This document shows, piece after piece, positions 1 through 14,339 of a stretch of DNA of 64,000 nt. Source of the stretch: Octopus sinensis (lineage: Eukaryota); contig NC_043005.1 in NCBI RefSeq assembly GCF_006345805.1, positions 75,826,001-75,890,000 of the forward strand, in the 5' to 3' direction. How positions within the stretch are numbered: position 1 is the first letter of the stretch; every line of letters starts with the position of its first letter. The position numbers and the translations under genes are program-made. Under the pieces are notes generated by a model that was given only the letters and a program-made list of their open reading frames with translations, did not search any database and was not told where the DNA came from.

Positions 1-149
1 GTAAATACAGATGAGTCTAATTGTTCAATTAATTCTGTTGAGAGAACACTTTTGGTTTAATCACTCCATCTAATTGCACAGTGAAGCTAGCTGCATGTTC
101 GTTAAATATACACATGTAAATTTGTTTAGAACTAATCCATTGCTGTATT

Positions 150-300
150 GTTAAGAAGCTTTCTTTGCAACCATGTTATTTTGGGTTTGGTCCCACTGCA
201 TGACTCCTTGGGCAAGTATCTTCTACTTCTTCTACTATAGCCCTAGGCTGACCAGTGCCTTGTGAGTAAATTTGGCAGCAAACTATGTGGAAGCTTGTCA
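150..300 (+). mobile_element. SINE family S1 (tRNA-like head), degenerate copy
   Basis: Matches the ggttcagtcccactgc...ttgggcaagtgtcttctactatagcc...gccttgtgagt block repeated many times in this window (e.g. 33440, 55810). Confidence 0.6.
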
Positions 301-302
301 TA

Positions 303-776
303 TATGGAAATGATGAATTTTTCTTTCAATAAGATGGTGCACTTCCACACTACCACCAAGACACATGAGCTTACCTCAATGAGAATTTGCAAGGATACTA
401 GGCAGGATGAAGAGGTGTGGTTGAGTCTCCCTCACATTCTCCTGATCTAACATCTGCAGACTTTCATCTGTGGGGGAGCCAAAATGATGTCATGTATCAC
501 AGAAAACCAACTACATTGGCAGAACTAAGAGAAGGAATTGAAAATGTATGTGCAGCGATCTCACTGGACACTTTGGCCAATGTTGCCCAAGTAGTAGTTT
601 GCCGTACACATAAATACCTAGAAGCTAATGGCCATCACTTTGAGTGCCTCTTGTAATTGTAGAGTCCAAAGGTAACTTGTATTAATCTCCTGAAATCTGA
701 ATAAATTTAGCACTGAAATAATTATACACATTTTTCCTTTCATGAAGTTTGTATACAAGTATTTGAGCAGACTCTG
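303..776 (+). mobile_element. Tc1/mariner-superfamily transposon, 3' remnant with right TIR
   Basis: One frame reads FQ*DGALPH...SHSPDLTSADFHLWG...KPTTLAELREGI...EANGHHFECLL*, the QQDGAPPH/SPDLT C-terminal motifs with in-frame stops. It ends in ...gagcagactctg followed by TA (reverse complement TACAGAGTCTGC, resembling TACAGGGTG-type TIRs). Confidence 0.75.
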
Positions 777-817
777 TATATATATATGCCAGCGTGGAAA
801 ATGGATGTAAAAAGATG

Positions 818-862
<45 letters not shown>

Positions 863-1099
863 CAGACTCTCCCATCAAGTGTTCAGTGAAAAACAGAAAA
901 AAAAAATCCAACCAAATAGACAACCAACAACATACTCACGTTACTATCACTACCATTCGCCAATGTTTACAATTCATTCACTTCAACCGATGACTCTTAA
1001 TGCTAGTCCTCAGGCCACCAAAAGTGATATGGATATTGCATGACTTATAAAACCAGTAAATGATCTAGCTGAGAAAACACAATGTGGACAATAGTGGTT

Positions 1100-1345
1100 T
1101 GCAAGAAGACTGTTTTGTTCGTGTATTTTCCTATTTTCCCATAACTGCTCTTAATGAAGCTTCCTTTGAGTTGAGAAATTTTCAAAGCTGGAAAAAGCTC
1201 TTTCTCCTCCATTATTGATGTAGCAGAGTGAAAGTAATCTATTGATAGTTTGAGACATTTGCGAATGATTAGTAAAGGTTTCCAACTGCCATGCTGTTGA
1301 CATTTTATTGCTGATATCATTAAGTTCCTGGTCAGTTGTGATCAA
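1100..1345 (-). pseudogene. possible hAT transposase C-terminal dimerisation-domain relic
   Basis: RLLSLCYINNGGERAFSSFENFSTQRK loosely resembles the hAT LL..P..S...ERSFS motif. Short and degenerate. Confidence 0.25.
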
Positions 1346-2474
1346 ACAGATCTATGATCACAGACATTCATTACATGACCACCCAATCTGTTTTCTTTGA
1401 CATCATATATAATTGACTACAATATCTAGTAAAACAAGGAATAGGCATTTTATGCCTTAGATTATAGATTGCCAAACCGATGAGAGTAGGCATCAAATAA
1501 TCTTTAAATGTTACCTTTGATAGAACATGGTACCCTATAAAAGAGATTATTTATCTTCTATCTACCTAACATCATGAAAACTAAGCACAAAATCCTTTTC
1601 TTTTTTTATTCCTTTATGCTTTTCTTGTTCCAATCATTTGTACAGTGACCAGGTTAGGACACTAAAACTCCTCTGAGTTTTAGTCAAATGAATTAGCTCC
1701 AGTACTTATCTTTTAAAGCCTGGTACTATTTAAGGCTTCAGCAATCTATAAGGCATTCAGCAATATTGAAGGCCTCCAGTAATATCTAAGGTTTCTGTCA
1801 GTCAAATTGATCAAATATCTGCACTTTGAATGTTCTTCTCCTGGGCATAGGTAAGACAAGGTTTTCTATGGAAGGCCAGCATTGTCTAAACTGCAAATCT
1901 CCCCTCCTCATATCACAGATGTTGTCCAAAAGAAAGAAAGGACTAATACACTTTAGTACCAGTGTTATCATGGGTGACTACAAGAACATAAAGAGCTAGA
2001 ACAAATGCTACAAGGAATTTTAACCAGTCTACTGCAATTCTACCAGTCTCCTGCCCTAGATTGCGACTTTATTTCATAAAAGAAACAGATAACATCAATG
2101 AACTTCTATGAGAACTTCATTCAATTTCAGATGAAACGCATAGGGTAAAAGCGTTTTTATTATGTTATGTCAGAATATGTAAAAATAATATTTTAAGTGA
2201 GAAGCAGGAACTGTCTCATACAACTAATGTTTTTATTGATTTAAAGGTTTTATAAGGTGCTCACATGACCTTATAAAAATAAAGAATTTATTACTGCTTC
2301 CAATAGTAATATATTTTTCTCCTTTAGGGGGATTTTTACTTTTTTTTTTTTTACCAGAATATTTAACCTTCAAAGGAATCAAAGGGACAGCCCCTGAGCA
2401 GGTATATAGCCAAATGCTATTGTCGGAAATAAGAAAGATACATTGTAAATGTAGATTTTGGTATTAAAAAAAAA

Positions 2475-2630
2475 AAAATAATAATAATAATAATAATAAT
2501 AACAACAACAACAATAACAATAACAATAATAATAATAATAATAGTAATAATAATAACAATAACAATAACAATAATAATAATAATAATAATGATGATGATG
2601 ATAATAATAATAATGATAATGCTAATAACA

Positions 2631-2683
<53 letters not shown>

Positions 2684-3025
2684 AATGATGATGGTGATGA
2701 TGATAATGATGATGGTGGTGATGACGATGACGACTATGGTGATAATAATAATAAATTGGCTTTATACTTGGAATTGCACAAATATTGTGCAAAGTGCTGT
2801 TTGTCTGAGGTCCTTCTTGTGACTTGACAGAAAACATGAATCCTCGGTATACACAATATCTTCAATCTACATCACAATATTGGATACTGTGTGTGTCTAC
2901 TACTACAATAATAATAATAATAATGATAATAATATGGATAACGATGACAACAACAACAACAATAACTGTAATAATAATAACGATGATGATGATGATGATG
3001 ATGCTGGTGATGATGATAATTAAAT
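2475..3025. repeat. compound (TAA)/(CAA)/(GAT) microsatellite
   Basis: Directly visible trinucleotide tracts with a short unique interruption. Confidence 0.9.
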
Positions 3026-3654
3026 AGTTATGGTTGGACCTTTGATCATAGATTTACTCAATAATAACAGGCCTAGAGCTAAGCAACAACAACCTTAACC
3101 CATAAACTGTATATGGGTCTATGATATGAACTTTGTGTTTTAAAGAGATCTAAATTAAAAACCTTTCATCTGTCAAAATTTTATATTGATTTATGTCCCA
3201 AACAATAGGTTAATGATGACAGATAGTTTTCTAAATTCTTTGCTATCTTCAAAATTAATTGAAACGAAGACCATGTATTTCAGTAATAATATAATAAGAA
3301 GAGAGTTAAAAGATTAAAAGAAAATTATGAAAATAAGCTAATTATTTCATAGTTTAACATTTAGTAATTTAATATTTTATCAGCAATTAGGTTTCTACAG
3401 AAACAAACCTTGCTTCTAAAGAGAAAGAACTTTAATATCTGTCACAGTATAGAAACACTTAATCCTTGAGTTCAAGCTAGCAACATTTTATCACTGAAGC
3501 TGTTTCATTTACATTTGTTGCGTATGGCTAAATGGATTATATAAACATTGGTGAAAGGCCACAACTGGTGAAAGAAGCTTAATGTTTTCTACTATAGGTA
3601 CAAGGCCTGAAATCTTGGGTGAGATAGTCGATGTTATTGACTATCGATCATCAT

Positions 3655-4215
3655 TATCATCATCGTTTAACATCTGCTTTCTCTGCTTGCATGGGTTGGA
3701 CGATTTTGACTGAGGGCTGGCGAACCAGATGGCTGCACCAGGCTCCAATCTTGATCTGGCAGAGTTTCTACAGCTGGATGCCCTTCCTAATGCCAACTAT
3801 TCCGAGAGTGTAGTGGGTGCTTTTTACATGCCACTGGCATGGGGGCCAGTCAGGCGGTATTGGCAATGACCTCGCTTGAATCTTTTTACACATGCCACCG
3901 GCACAGGTGCCAATAAGGCGATGCTGGTAACAATCACGCTCAAATGGTGCCCTTTTACGTGCCACCGGCACGGAAGCCAGTTAGCCACCCTGGCAATGAT
4001 CACACTCGGATGGTTCTCTCTGGCAACAATCATGCTCAGATGGTGCTCTTGGCACCCTACTAGCATGGGTATAAGTGCCAGTAAGGTGACGCTGGTAATG
4101 ATCACACTCAAATGGTGCCTTTTATGTGCCACTGGCACAGAAGCCGGTTGGTCGCTCTGTCAACAATCACACTCATATGGTGCTCTTTGTACCCTGCTAG
4201 TCATGCTCTTTGCAC
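3655..4215 (-). mobile_element. RTE 3'-UTR-derived repeat (hairpin-module family)
   Basis: Reverse complement of the module/tail sequence that terminates the RTE at 46651-48815 (ggttggcgttaggaagggcatccagctgtagaaac...catgctagcatggaaagcggacgttaaacgatgat). Confidence 0.75.
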
Positions 4216-4229
4216 CCCGATGTTATTGA

Positions 4230-4600
4230 CTTATAATAGTCGATGTAATTGACTAATTTTGAAAGGATGAAAGGCAAAATTGATCATAACAGAATTTGAA
4301 CCCAGAATGTAAAGGTGGTTGAAATGCTGCTAAGCATTTTGTCTGACATGGTAATGATTCTGTCAGCTCACCACTTTAAAGAAGCTTAATAATGATTTCA
4401 AATTTTGGCACAAGGCCAGTAATTTCAGGTGTGTGTGTGTGGGGGGGGGGAACTTAGTCAAATACATCGTCCCCCGTTTTCAACTGGTACTTATATTATC
4501 AACCCCCGAGAGGATGAAAGGCAAAGTTGAACTCAAAACATAAAGATGGATGAAATGCTGCTATCCAAATTGTTTAGTGTGTTGACAATTCTGCCAGCTT
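4230..4600 (-). mobile_element. SINE family S2, two degenerate copies
   Basis: Reverse complement of gagctggcagaa...tgagttcaaatt...ctttgcctttcatcctttc...aagtaccagtt, also seen at 14340 and 57955. Confidence 0.65.
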
Positions 4601-5621
4601 GTCACTGTAATGATTCGTTTTTCATTTATCGTTTAATGTCCACTTCCCATGCTAGCATGGGTTGGACGATTTTGACGGAGGGCTGGCGAACCAGATGGCT
4701 GCACCAAGCTCCAATCTTGATCTGGCAGAGTTTAATGGAACTTAATAATAATAGCAAAGTTAATTCAATAAATTCTTCATTACTTTTTTAATTAATTGAA
4801 ACAAAAGCCATGTATTACAACGGAAATATCATGATAAAAGAGCTAAATGGTGACTGTTCTCTAATTTGTCAACTATTAGTGCATCAGTTGGAGCCAACAA
4901 AGTGCAAACCAATGATTTTATCAAAGAAAATTTCTTCAAACCTTGAACTACATTTCGGGAATTGCAAGCTAAGAGAAAAAAAAAAAAGGACAAAACCAAC
5001 TTGATATTCTGAGTGTAACTACAGACAACACACTGGTTTTTCACAGAATATATTTGTACTACATATAATAGAAATTAGAGGACAAACTACTCAATGGAAG
5101 GAAGAGCCATCATTTACAAAGTACTAGTGCAAAGCATTATGGTACATGTGTCAATCTTGAATGGATGCATTACGTGGTATGATATGGTATAACATACACA
5201 ACCAACACAACTCATGCTATTATTATTATTATTATTATTATTATTAAGAGCGTGATGTGATTGTAATAGATTGTTTATGGGTTTGAACAATATTTCGACA
5301 GCCTGTCTGTTTTTTTCAAGTCTAAAAGTATAAAATGAAGAAACACAGAAATTTAGAAAATGTAAATGTAGAAATCCTGCATTCTCACTTTGACAGAATG
5401 ACAATGCAGGATTTCCTCATTTACACTGTTGAATTTCTGTGTTTCTTCATTTTACATTTTACACTTCCAGAAGACAGGCGAGCTGTTGAAATAGCATTCA
5501 AACCAATAAACATTCCATTACAATCACATCACCCTCTTCTTGTTGTCAATTTACTTTCATGAAGAATTATTTCAATCTTTATAAATTATTATTATTATGA
5601 TTATTATTATTATTATTATTA

Positions 5622-6684
<1,063 letters not shown>

Positions 6685-6686
6685 TA

Positions 6687-6738
<52 letters not shown>

Positions 6739-6744
6739 CATTAT

Positions 6745-9700
6745 TCAGTAGTTTTATTTTTTATAGCGTGCTTTCACTTCACTACCGAGGGCAGCTCTGT
6801 GTGCCTTGGGTATGTGCTGTGATTTGTTGTGATGCTCTGATGGTTATTGTATGGAAAGTGTTCTGCGTAGGATGTGTGCAGTGCCTAGTAGTGCAATTTT
6901 CTGTATGTTATATGTGTTTGTAAGTCCTGGTGTTTTTGTTATGTATTTGTCTGAATATTTTTTTATCATGCCTAATGCACCTACTATGATAGGAATTGTT
7001 TCTGTTTTCAGATTCCACATTCTAGTTACCTCTTTTTCCAGGTTTTTGTATTTTGAGAGTTTCTCCATTTCTTTTAGAGACACGTTGTCATCTGCCGGTA
7101 TTGATACATCAATTAGAAAGCAATTTTTTTCTTCATGATCTCTGACAACTATATCTGGTCTGTTGGCCTTAATTTCTCTATCTGTGTGTATCGGCATATC
7201 CCAGAGTATGGTTGCTTTCTCGTTTTCTGTGACCTTTTCTGTTGTGTGCCTATACCATCATTTTTCTGTTGTTATTCCATAATGTTGGCATAGCTTCCAA
7301 TGTATGTAGGTTCCAACTCTGTCATGTCTGTGAATATATTCCTTCTTAGCCAGGACTGGGCAGCTAGAGATAATATGATTTATTGTTTCTTGTCCATCTC
7401 CACATATTCTGCAGTTACTTGTAATATTTCTTTTCATTACATGTTTTTGGTAATTTCTGGTGGGGAGGCTTTGGTCTTGTGCTGCAATTAAAAATCCCTC
7501 TGTTTCTGCTTTGAGTCCTGAGCTTCTCAACCATTGCTGGGATTTTTCTATGTCTATTTCTTTTGCGTTTAGTTTAGTCCAGTATTTACCATGAAGGGGC
7601 TTTTCTTGCCATCGTTTTATCATGGTTCGTTGCTGTTCTATTTTTAGTTTGGATTTCATTTGTTTTATAGCTTTTGTTGTTTCTTCATCTTCTTCTTCTT
7701 CTTCTTCATATTTATTAGGTGGTATGATTTCTTGTTTGTATTTGTCAGCTTCCTTAAATACTGAGAATAGTTTTTTGTTTTGCTCGTGTTTTGCCGCTAT
7801 TTGTATTAGTTTTCCTTCCTTCTGAAGTAGTTATTTTTGCAGTCCTATGGTGGTTATTTTATAGTAGTTTTCCAGCTGTATAAGGCCTCTACCACCTTCT
7901 ATACGTTGTTTATATAGTCTTTCTATGTCAGATTTTGGGTGATGCATCCTAGATCCTGTCATTATTTTTCTTGTTTTCCTATCTATTTTGGTCAGTTCAT
8001 TTCGTGTCCAGTTAAGGATATTGTAGCTGTAACTTATAACTGGGACAGCTAAAGTGTTAATACCTGTTATCTTGTTTTTAGCATTGAGCTCTGTTTTTAG
8101 CATTGATCTAACTCGTCTATAATATTCTTTTTTTATTTTCTCTTTCATTTGTGTGTGTTGTGTCTTATCTAGTTCATGGATTCCTAAGTATTTGTAAGTT
8201 TGGCTTTGGTCTAATTCTTTTATTTCATTGGTTTTATCTAGTGTGATGTTACTACTCTTAACTAGTTTTCCTCTTTTCATGGTTACTTTGGCGCATTTTT
8301 CTAATCCAAATTTCATATCTATTTCTTTGGTAAATCCATGAACTGTCTTTAATAGTGCTTCTAGCTGTTTGTCATTTGCAGCGTATAGTTTTAGGTCATC
8401 CATATATAAAAGGTGGCTGATCGTTTTGCCGTAACATTTATATCTGCATCCAGTTCTATTTAGTATATCAGATAGAGGTGACAGTGCCAAGCAGAAAAGG
8501 AGTGGAGAGAGCGTGTCTCCCTGGAATATTCCTCTTCTAATGGGGATGTCTTTGGTTTTCATAGTCCCTCTTTTGTTTGGAGGTGTAGGACTGTTTGCCA
8601 TTTATTCATAGAGTGCTCTATGAATTTTATGATTTTATGCTACTATGAATTTTATGCTACTTTGTTAATGGCTAGTGTTTCGAGGATCCATGTGTGGGGG
8701 ATGCTATCAAACGCCTTTTTGTAGTCAATCCAGGCCATACTGAGGCCTTTCTTCTTTCTGTGGCTGTCTTCAGTTATGGCTTTATTAATCATTAGTTGAT
8801 CTTTACAGTCATATGAGCCTTTGCGGCATCCTTTCTGCTCTTCTGCGAACAGTTTGTTTTCGTCCAGGTGCTTGTTCAACCTTTGCGATATCACTGCAGT
8901 AAATGCCTTGAACATTGTAGGGAGGCAGGTTATTGGTCTGTAGTTTTCTGGTTTAGCTGTCTCATTTGATTTGGGAATTAAGATGGTTTTCCCCTTCGTG
9001 AGCCATTCAGGCATTGTCTCTGGCTCTGCTAGTATGTTGTTAAAGTTTTCAGCCAGCTTTTTGTGCATTCCTGTTAGATATTTCAACCAAAAGTTGGGGA
9101 TCTTGTCATGCCCAGGTGCCTTCCAGTTGCTTAGTCTTTGCAGTGCCTGGGTGACCTCTTCAGTTGTTATGGGGGTCCAAAGTTGTTCAGATGCCGAGTT
9201 TGTTATTTTGATACTCCTTTTTTTTGGTTGTTCGTTCGCTGACCATATTTCTCTCCAGAATTCTTCCAATTCTTCTGCCGTTGGTGCTGCAGTGACTTCT
9301 ATTTTATTTTTGCCCAGTTCTTGGTAGAACTTTTTGGGGTTGGAGTTGAACTTTTTGTTTTGTTCAAAGAAGCGCTGGCGTTTCTCGTACCGGCGGATCC
9401 TTTGTGCTTTGGCAAGGATATCTTGCTTCAGCTTTTCTTTTATCTCAGGCAAATCTTTCTCTGTGATGTTATATTTGCGGAGTATTTTTGTTTTCTTTTT
9501 GTTGCTCAGTAGCGTTGATTGTTTGCTGATTTCATTAAGAATCGACAGATCTTTTCTCATTTTTTGTATTTTGTTTTGGATGTTATTTATCCACAGGGTT
9601 TGTTTGGGTGGTGGTACTCCTGTTTGGACGGATTTGAGTGAGTATCCAGCTTCTTTTGTGGCTGCAGTGGCTGCTGCATATATTAAGTCATTTAGCTCAG

Positions 9701-10537
9701 TGATATCGCTTTTTGTTTCAGTGGCTATTAGTTCCGTGACGGCTAGGTTTATGCTATTTATAATTGGTGTTGTTGTTTCGTCTATTTTGATTCTTGGGAG
9801 GTATGGTCGGTGGTCCATTTTGAGCTCTGTGGTTTTCAGTTCTTTGATTATTTTACTTTTTATATTATCATAATCATTAGGCTCCCCTTCGTTGTTTACA
9901 TCGTGTTTGTTGGGAATGTTGCGTTTGTCTTCGTGTTTTACTGTTTCAGTGTTTATATTATTGGGCATTGTTGTGTGGCTTCTATCTACATTTCCTGGTG
10001 TATTTTTTCTTTTAGATGTTCTATTTCTATTTCTGATATTTTTTTTGTGTTGAGAATGTATCTTCGTACGTTAGCTAATTGCTCTATCCAAGTTTATATT
10101 TATGTTATTTTCCTTCCATATTTTATATGTATGTGTTGTTGTGTTTTCATTTTTTGGGTAGAGCACTGCTGTGAAGTATGCGTGTAAGATAGAAATGTAT
10201 TCTTCACGTGTCCATTTATGTCTTTTGGGTTTTATTTGCGGGACATGAGGTACAACGTCCGGCCCATTATTTTGACGGTCGCCATTTTCGTAGGGTACCA
10301 GTCCGTTCATTTCTGTTGTCACATTATTTCGCACGTGTAGTTTTTCGTACATTTTTTGTTGTAAGTTTAAAGTACGTACTGCTTGATTGTTATTCTTGGG
10401 TTGAATAATATCGGTGGCATTTAATTTCTTCGTAGTTCCTTTGTACATGGTGTTTGGGGTCGGGGATGATTGTGATGTTCCACGCATGTTTACATGTGTT
10501 GTGTTAGAGGTGGAGATGATACCGAGTCAAAATACAA
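6745..10537 (-). mobile_element. near-full-length R4/Dong-like non-LTR retrotransposon (RT, CCHC, RLE), disrupted
   Basis: N-terminal KRHKWTREE and LANVRRYI. RT motifs KAPGHD, NYRPITCL, IDYKKAFDSIPH, GIFQGDTLSP, LLYMDDLKL. Zinc knuckle CRICGDGQETINHIISSC, RHDRV, and RLE NRPDIVV...DVSIP...KLSKY. Several stops and frameshifts. (ATT)n at both ends. Confidence 0.93.
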
Positions 10538-10554
10538 TATTATTATTATTATTA

Positions 10555-10760
10555 AGGTGGTGAGTTGGCAGAATTGTTAGCGCATCAGACAAAATGCTTT
10601 TCATCAGTCTTTACATTCTAGGTTCAAATGCAACCAAAGTCGACTTTGCCTTTCATCTTTTCAGGTTCAATGAAATAAATACCAGTTATGCACTGGGGTC
10701 GATGAAATCAATTTAACCCTGCCCCTGAAATTGCCGGTCTTGTACAAAATTTTAAAGTAT
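10555..10760 (+). mobile_element. SINE family S2
   Basis: ggtgagttggcagaattgttagc...gactttgcctttcatc...accagttatgcactggggtcgatg. Confidence 0.7.
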
Positions 10761-11370
10761 TACTATTATAATTATTATCATTATTAAAGTTGTGAGTTGG
10801 TAGAGCTGTTAGACATATTTTGTTCATCTTTAATTCCAAATGCAGCCAAGGTTGATTTCACGTTCCATCCATTTCTTTAGCCCTGGGTTGAAACCCATTT
10901 TCCAATGCGGTTAGAGAACTTTATTTAATAATAATGACAAAAAGGGTATACAGTGACAATTCTGTAGAAACCATGCCTAATTCAACAAAAAGAAGGCCAG
11001 AAATGGATTTCCCATGTCATTTTGCATATAAAAATGGCCACAGATCTCTTGTACTTTTTTGAGTGTTGCACAGTGTTATTTATCTTTCAAATTCCATCTT
11101 TGATATTCAGAGATGCGCTATGGGTTTTATAGACAGGGAGTTATCTCCCTTGCTAGACGTTGTCAACGGTGCATGGTAGGAACAAAGAGGATATCAACGG
11201 TGGTTTCCTGGAATACATGGGGAGGAATTTTTGCCTTGAGGTTCCTCATGCTTGCAGCAGAACTTTGACATTGATATGCAATGTTAATTGTGGTATCCCA
11301 TCTTCTAGAAACAGTATTACCCAGATAGCAGTCCAGTTAGTCATTACATGTTGACATGAATCTTTTCCTG

Positions 11371-11665
11371 TGGAGGCACATGGCCTAGTGGTTAGAGCAG
11401 CGGACTCGCATCAAGGGATCGTGGGTTTGAATCTCAGACCGGGCAATGTGTGTGTTTATGAATGAAACACTTAAGCTCCAAGTGGCTTTGGCAGAAGGTA
11501 ATGGTGAACTTCTGTTGACTCTTTTGCCACAACTTTCTCTCACTCTTTCCTCCTATATCTTGCAGCACACCTGTGATGGACTGGCGTCCCATCCAGGTGG
11601 GGACCCTATACGCCAAAGGAACCGGGAAACTGGCCCTTATGAGCCAGGCATGGCTCGAAAAGGAA
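11371..11665 (+). mobile_element. tRNA-derived SINE family S3
   Basis: A-box tggcctagtgg and B-box ggtttgaatc followed by a body shared with 58487-58869. Confidence 0.75.
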
Positions 11666-12689
11666 CAAACAAAAATTTTTTCCTACCTGCAAAGAAGACA
11701 TTCCACCACTGAGTTTGACTTTACCTTTCATCCTTTTGGAGTCACTAAAAGAAGTATCACTCAAATTCTGGGTCAAAGTAACCAACTTCCTCCTCTTCTC
11801 AAAAACAGCTGTTCCTCTGCCAAAATTGAAAATAGCATTTATGGTCTTATCTACTTACAGTTCTACAGTTAAAAACCAATTATTTCGGCTTCTAATGTTG
11901 CATTGTTCTAGTTGTCTTACTCTTTTCTGTTTTGTCTTTGTAATCCTATAAAGTCTTAGTATTTATTATTGGACAGCATCCACGTGCCATTTCTTGTAAT
12001 GGCTTTCCTAATTTTATTTTATGTTCAGGTATGTTATTATGTAATTTAGGTATTAAACTGTGCGGTCTCCATTATAAACAGAATAGGTATTTCATTAAGG
12101 AAAGAAGAATTAGTTGCTAGATTGCCCAGGTCAAATAAATACATAGATTTTTGATGTGTGGTTCTAATATTAAATATTCTAAGGAGTCTTTAGAGTGAAA
12201 TTTGATTGCTAGACTGAACAGGTCAAGCAAATATACAAAAGAGAACTCCTTTCCCTTACAATGTCTTCATAGCTAGAAGCCGTTTTCATCTGTCTGGACT
12301 CTCTTACACAAATCACAATGAAAATAGAGAAAAAAAGGAAAAAAAAAAAGAAAGAAATTAAAAAAGATGGTAAAGAAAAAATATTGATATGTCTGGTTTC
12401 TAAATATTACTTATTGATTACATAAAAAAAAATAAAAACATAGAGAAGAAAATAAAAGAGAGAAAAAAAGAACATGACAAAGTTGTTCCATTATCAATAA
12501 GTTGCTGAAGAACTAAGAAACATTAGAGCCGTGCCAGTTTTTAATATTACCTGGTTGTGTTGGCAGCTTCAGGTTCATATAACAATTACTTTTATTTGTT
12601 TTCCTTAGTTATTTTTATTCTTATTTTATTTTTTTTTACTTTTTACTTTTTACTTTTCGTGTTACATTAAAGTAGCTTTGTAACAATTA

Positions 12690-12697
12690 CTGTTTAT

Positions 12698-12763
<66 letters not shown>

Positions 12764-12855
12764 TTGCTGCTGCTGCTGCTGCTGCTGCCTCTGTTGTAGC
12801 TACTGTGCCTTTTCCCCCCACTGCCGCTGCCGCCGCCGCCGTCGCCACCACCACC

Positions 12856-12887
<32 letters not shown>

Positions 12888-13377
12888 CAGCTGCTGCTGC
12901 TGTTACTACTACTACTACTGCTACTACTGCCATCCAACTATTGTGGTCCAGTTTAGGTTTTACTGCTGCCAACAGCACTAGCACCTTCTTCATCAGCTAC
13001 CACCACCACCACCACAACCATCACCATCATCATTCCTCATCATCATCGTCAACAGCAGCAACAGTACCACCACCACCACCACCATCACCACATCAACCAC
13101 CACTTCCACCAAATTCTGCCTCTCCACTACCAACAACAGTACCACTAGCAGCATCATCGCAACCACCATCATCAATACCATTGCCATTCTCACACTTGAA
13201 AGCCATATTTACTACAAATGCTAACATCTATCATTATTCTTGCTATAGTATTATGGCACCGCAGATATTGATACCAGACTAATTCCTGTCTCCTTTCTAA
13301 ACTTCTGCCACTCTCTTCCCGGCACAGCTATTACCATCATCATTATCATCATCATCGTCATCATCATCATCATCGTC

Positions 13378-13437
<60 letters not shown>

Positions 13438-13990
13438 GTCATCATCATCCTCATCATCATTGTTGCTGTTGTCATCATCATCATCAACATCATTGTCATT
13501 TTCATCAGCGTCGTAGTCATCATCGTCACCACCAACATCACTACCACCACCACTACCACCACTGTCAACAAAAGCATGCTTCTTCTCATCATCATTATCA
13601 CCATCACCAACACCAACACCAACACCACCACTGTCAACAAAAGCATGCTTCTCCTCCTCATCATCATCATCATTATCACCATCACCAACACCACCATCAT
13701 TGTTGTCATTTGCCTCTGCCACCATTACCATGATCACCACCACGACCACCACCATTACCATAACCATCTATCATCACCACTACCATTATCATCATATTGT
13801 CATTGCTATCATCATCAGCAGAAGCATCATCATCATCATCACCACCACATCATTATCATCATCATTACCACCATCAATACCACCACTGCTGCCATTGTTG
13901 TCATCCTCATTACCATCATCACTGTTGTTCTCCTCTTCCTCTTCACCATCACCATCACCATCACAACCATCTTGTTTTTTAATTGCAATT
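12690..13990. repeat. long compound trinucleotide microsatellite field (CTA/CTG/CCA/CAT)
   Basis: Directly visible. It accounts for all poly-V/A/H/M/D ORFs in this interval. Confidence 0.9.
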
Positions 13991-14339
13991 CTCATGGTGA
14001 CACAGATTTTATCCCAGTTTTCATGATGTTGGGAAGAATGTTGTAGGTAATTGACTTACCTTTCCTTAGAAAGGATGCTCCTATTACCATAAGTTTTTTT
14101 CCTTTGAAAGGCTTAAGCACAGCACTACTGCTATCTTGCAAGTGTTTGACAATTCCAAAGTACCTCAAGTACCTTAGGTGGACATTGACACTAAAGCGTT
14201 CAAGTAATAATCATTGCTGGTGAGGTACAAGTAAATGGAAAAGGAATGCAACAGTTAAGAAAAACCTTGGAAAGAAATAGTAGTCAAGGGTAGATATACA
14301 GACACAGGCATGGCTGTGTGGTAAGAAGCTTGCTTTCAA

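Noticed and set aside
2087-2145. Possible exon ahead of the 2358 candidate
   Set aside because: No phase gives an open junction with 2358, and the most protein-like frame contains a stop.
12687-14046. Poly-His/Asp/Met/Val ORFs that resemble metal-binding or biomineral proteins
   Set aside because: They are open in several frames on both strands because trinucleotide repeats lack stops. The same applies to 31207-31525, 34170-34860, 36646-38353, 41780-43135 and 62229-62998.
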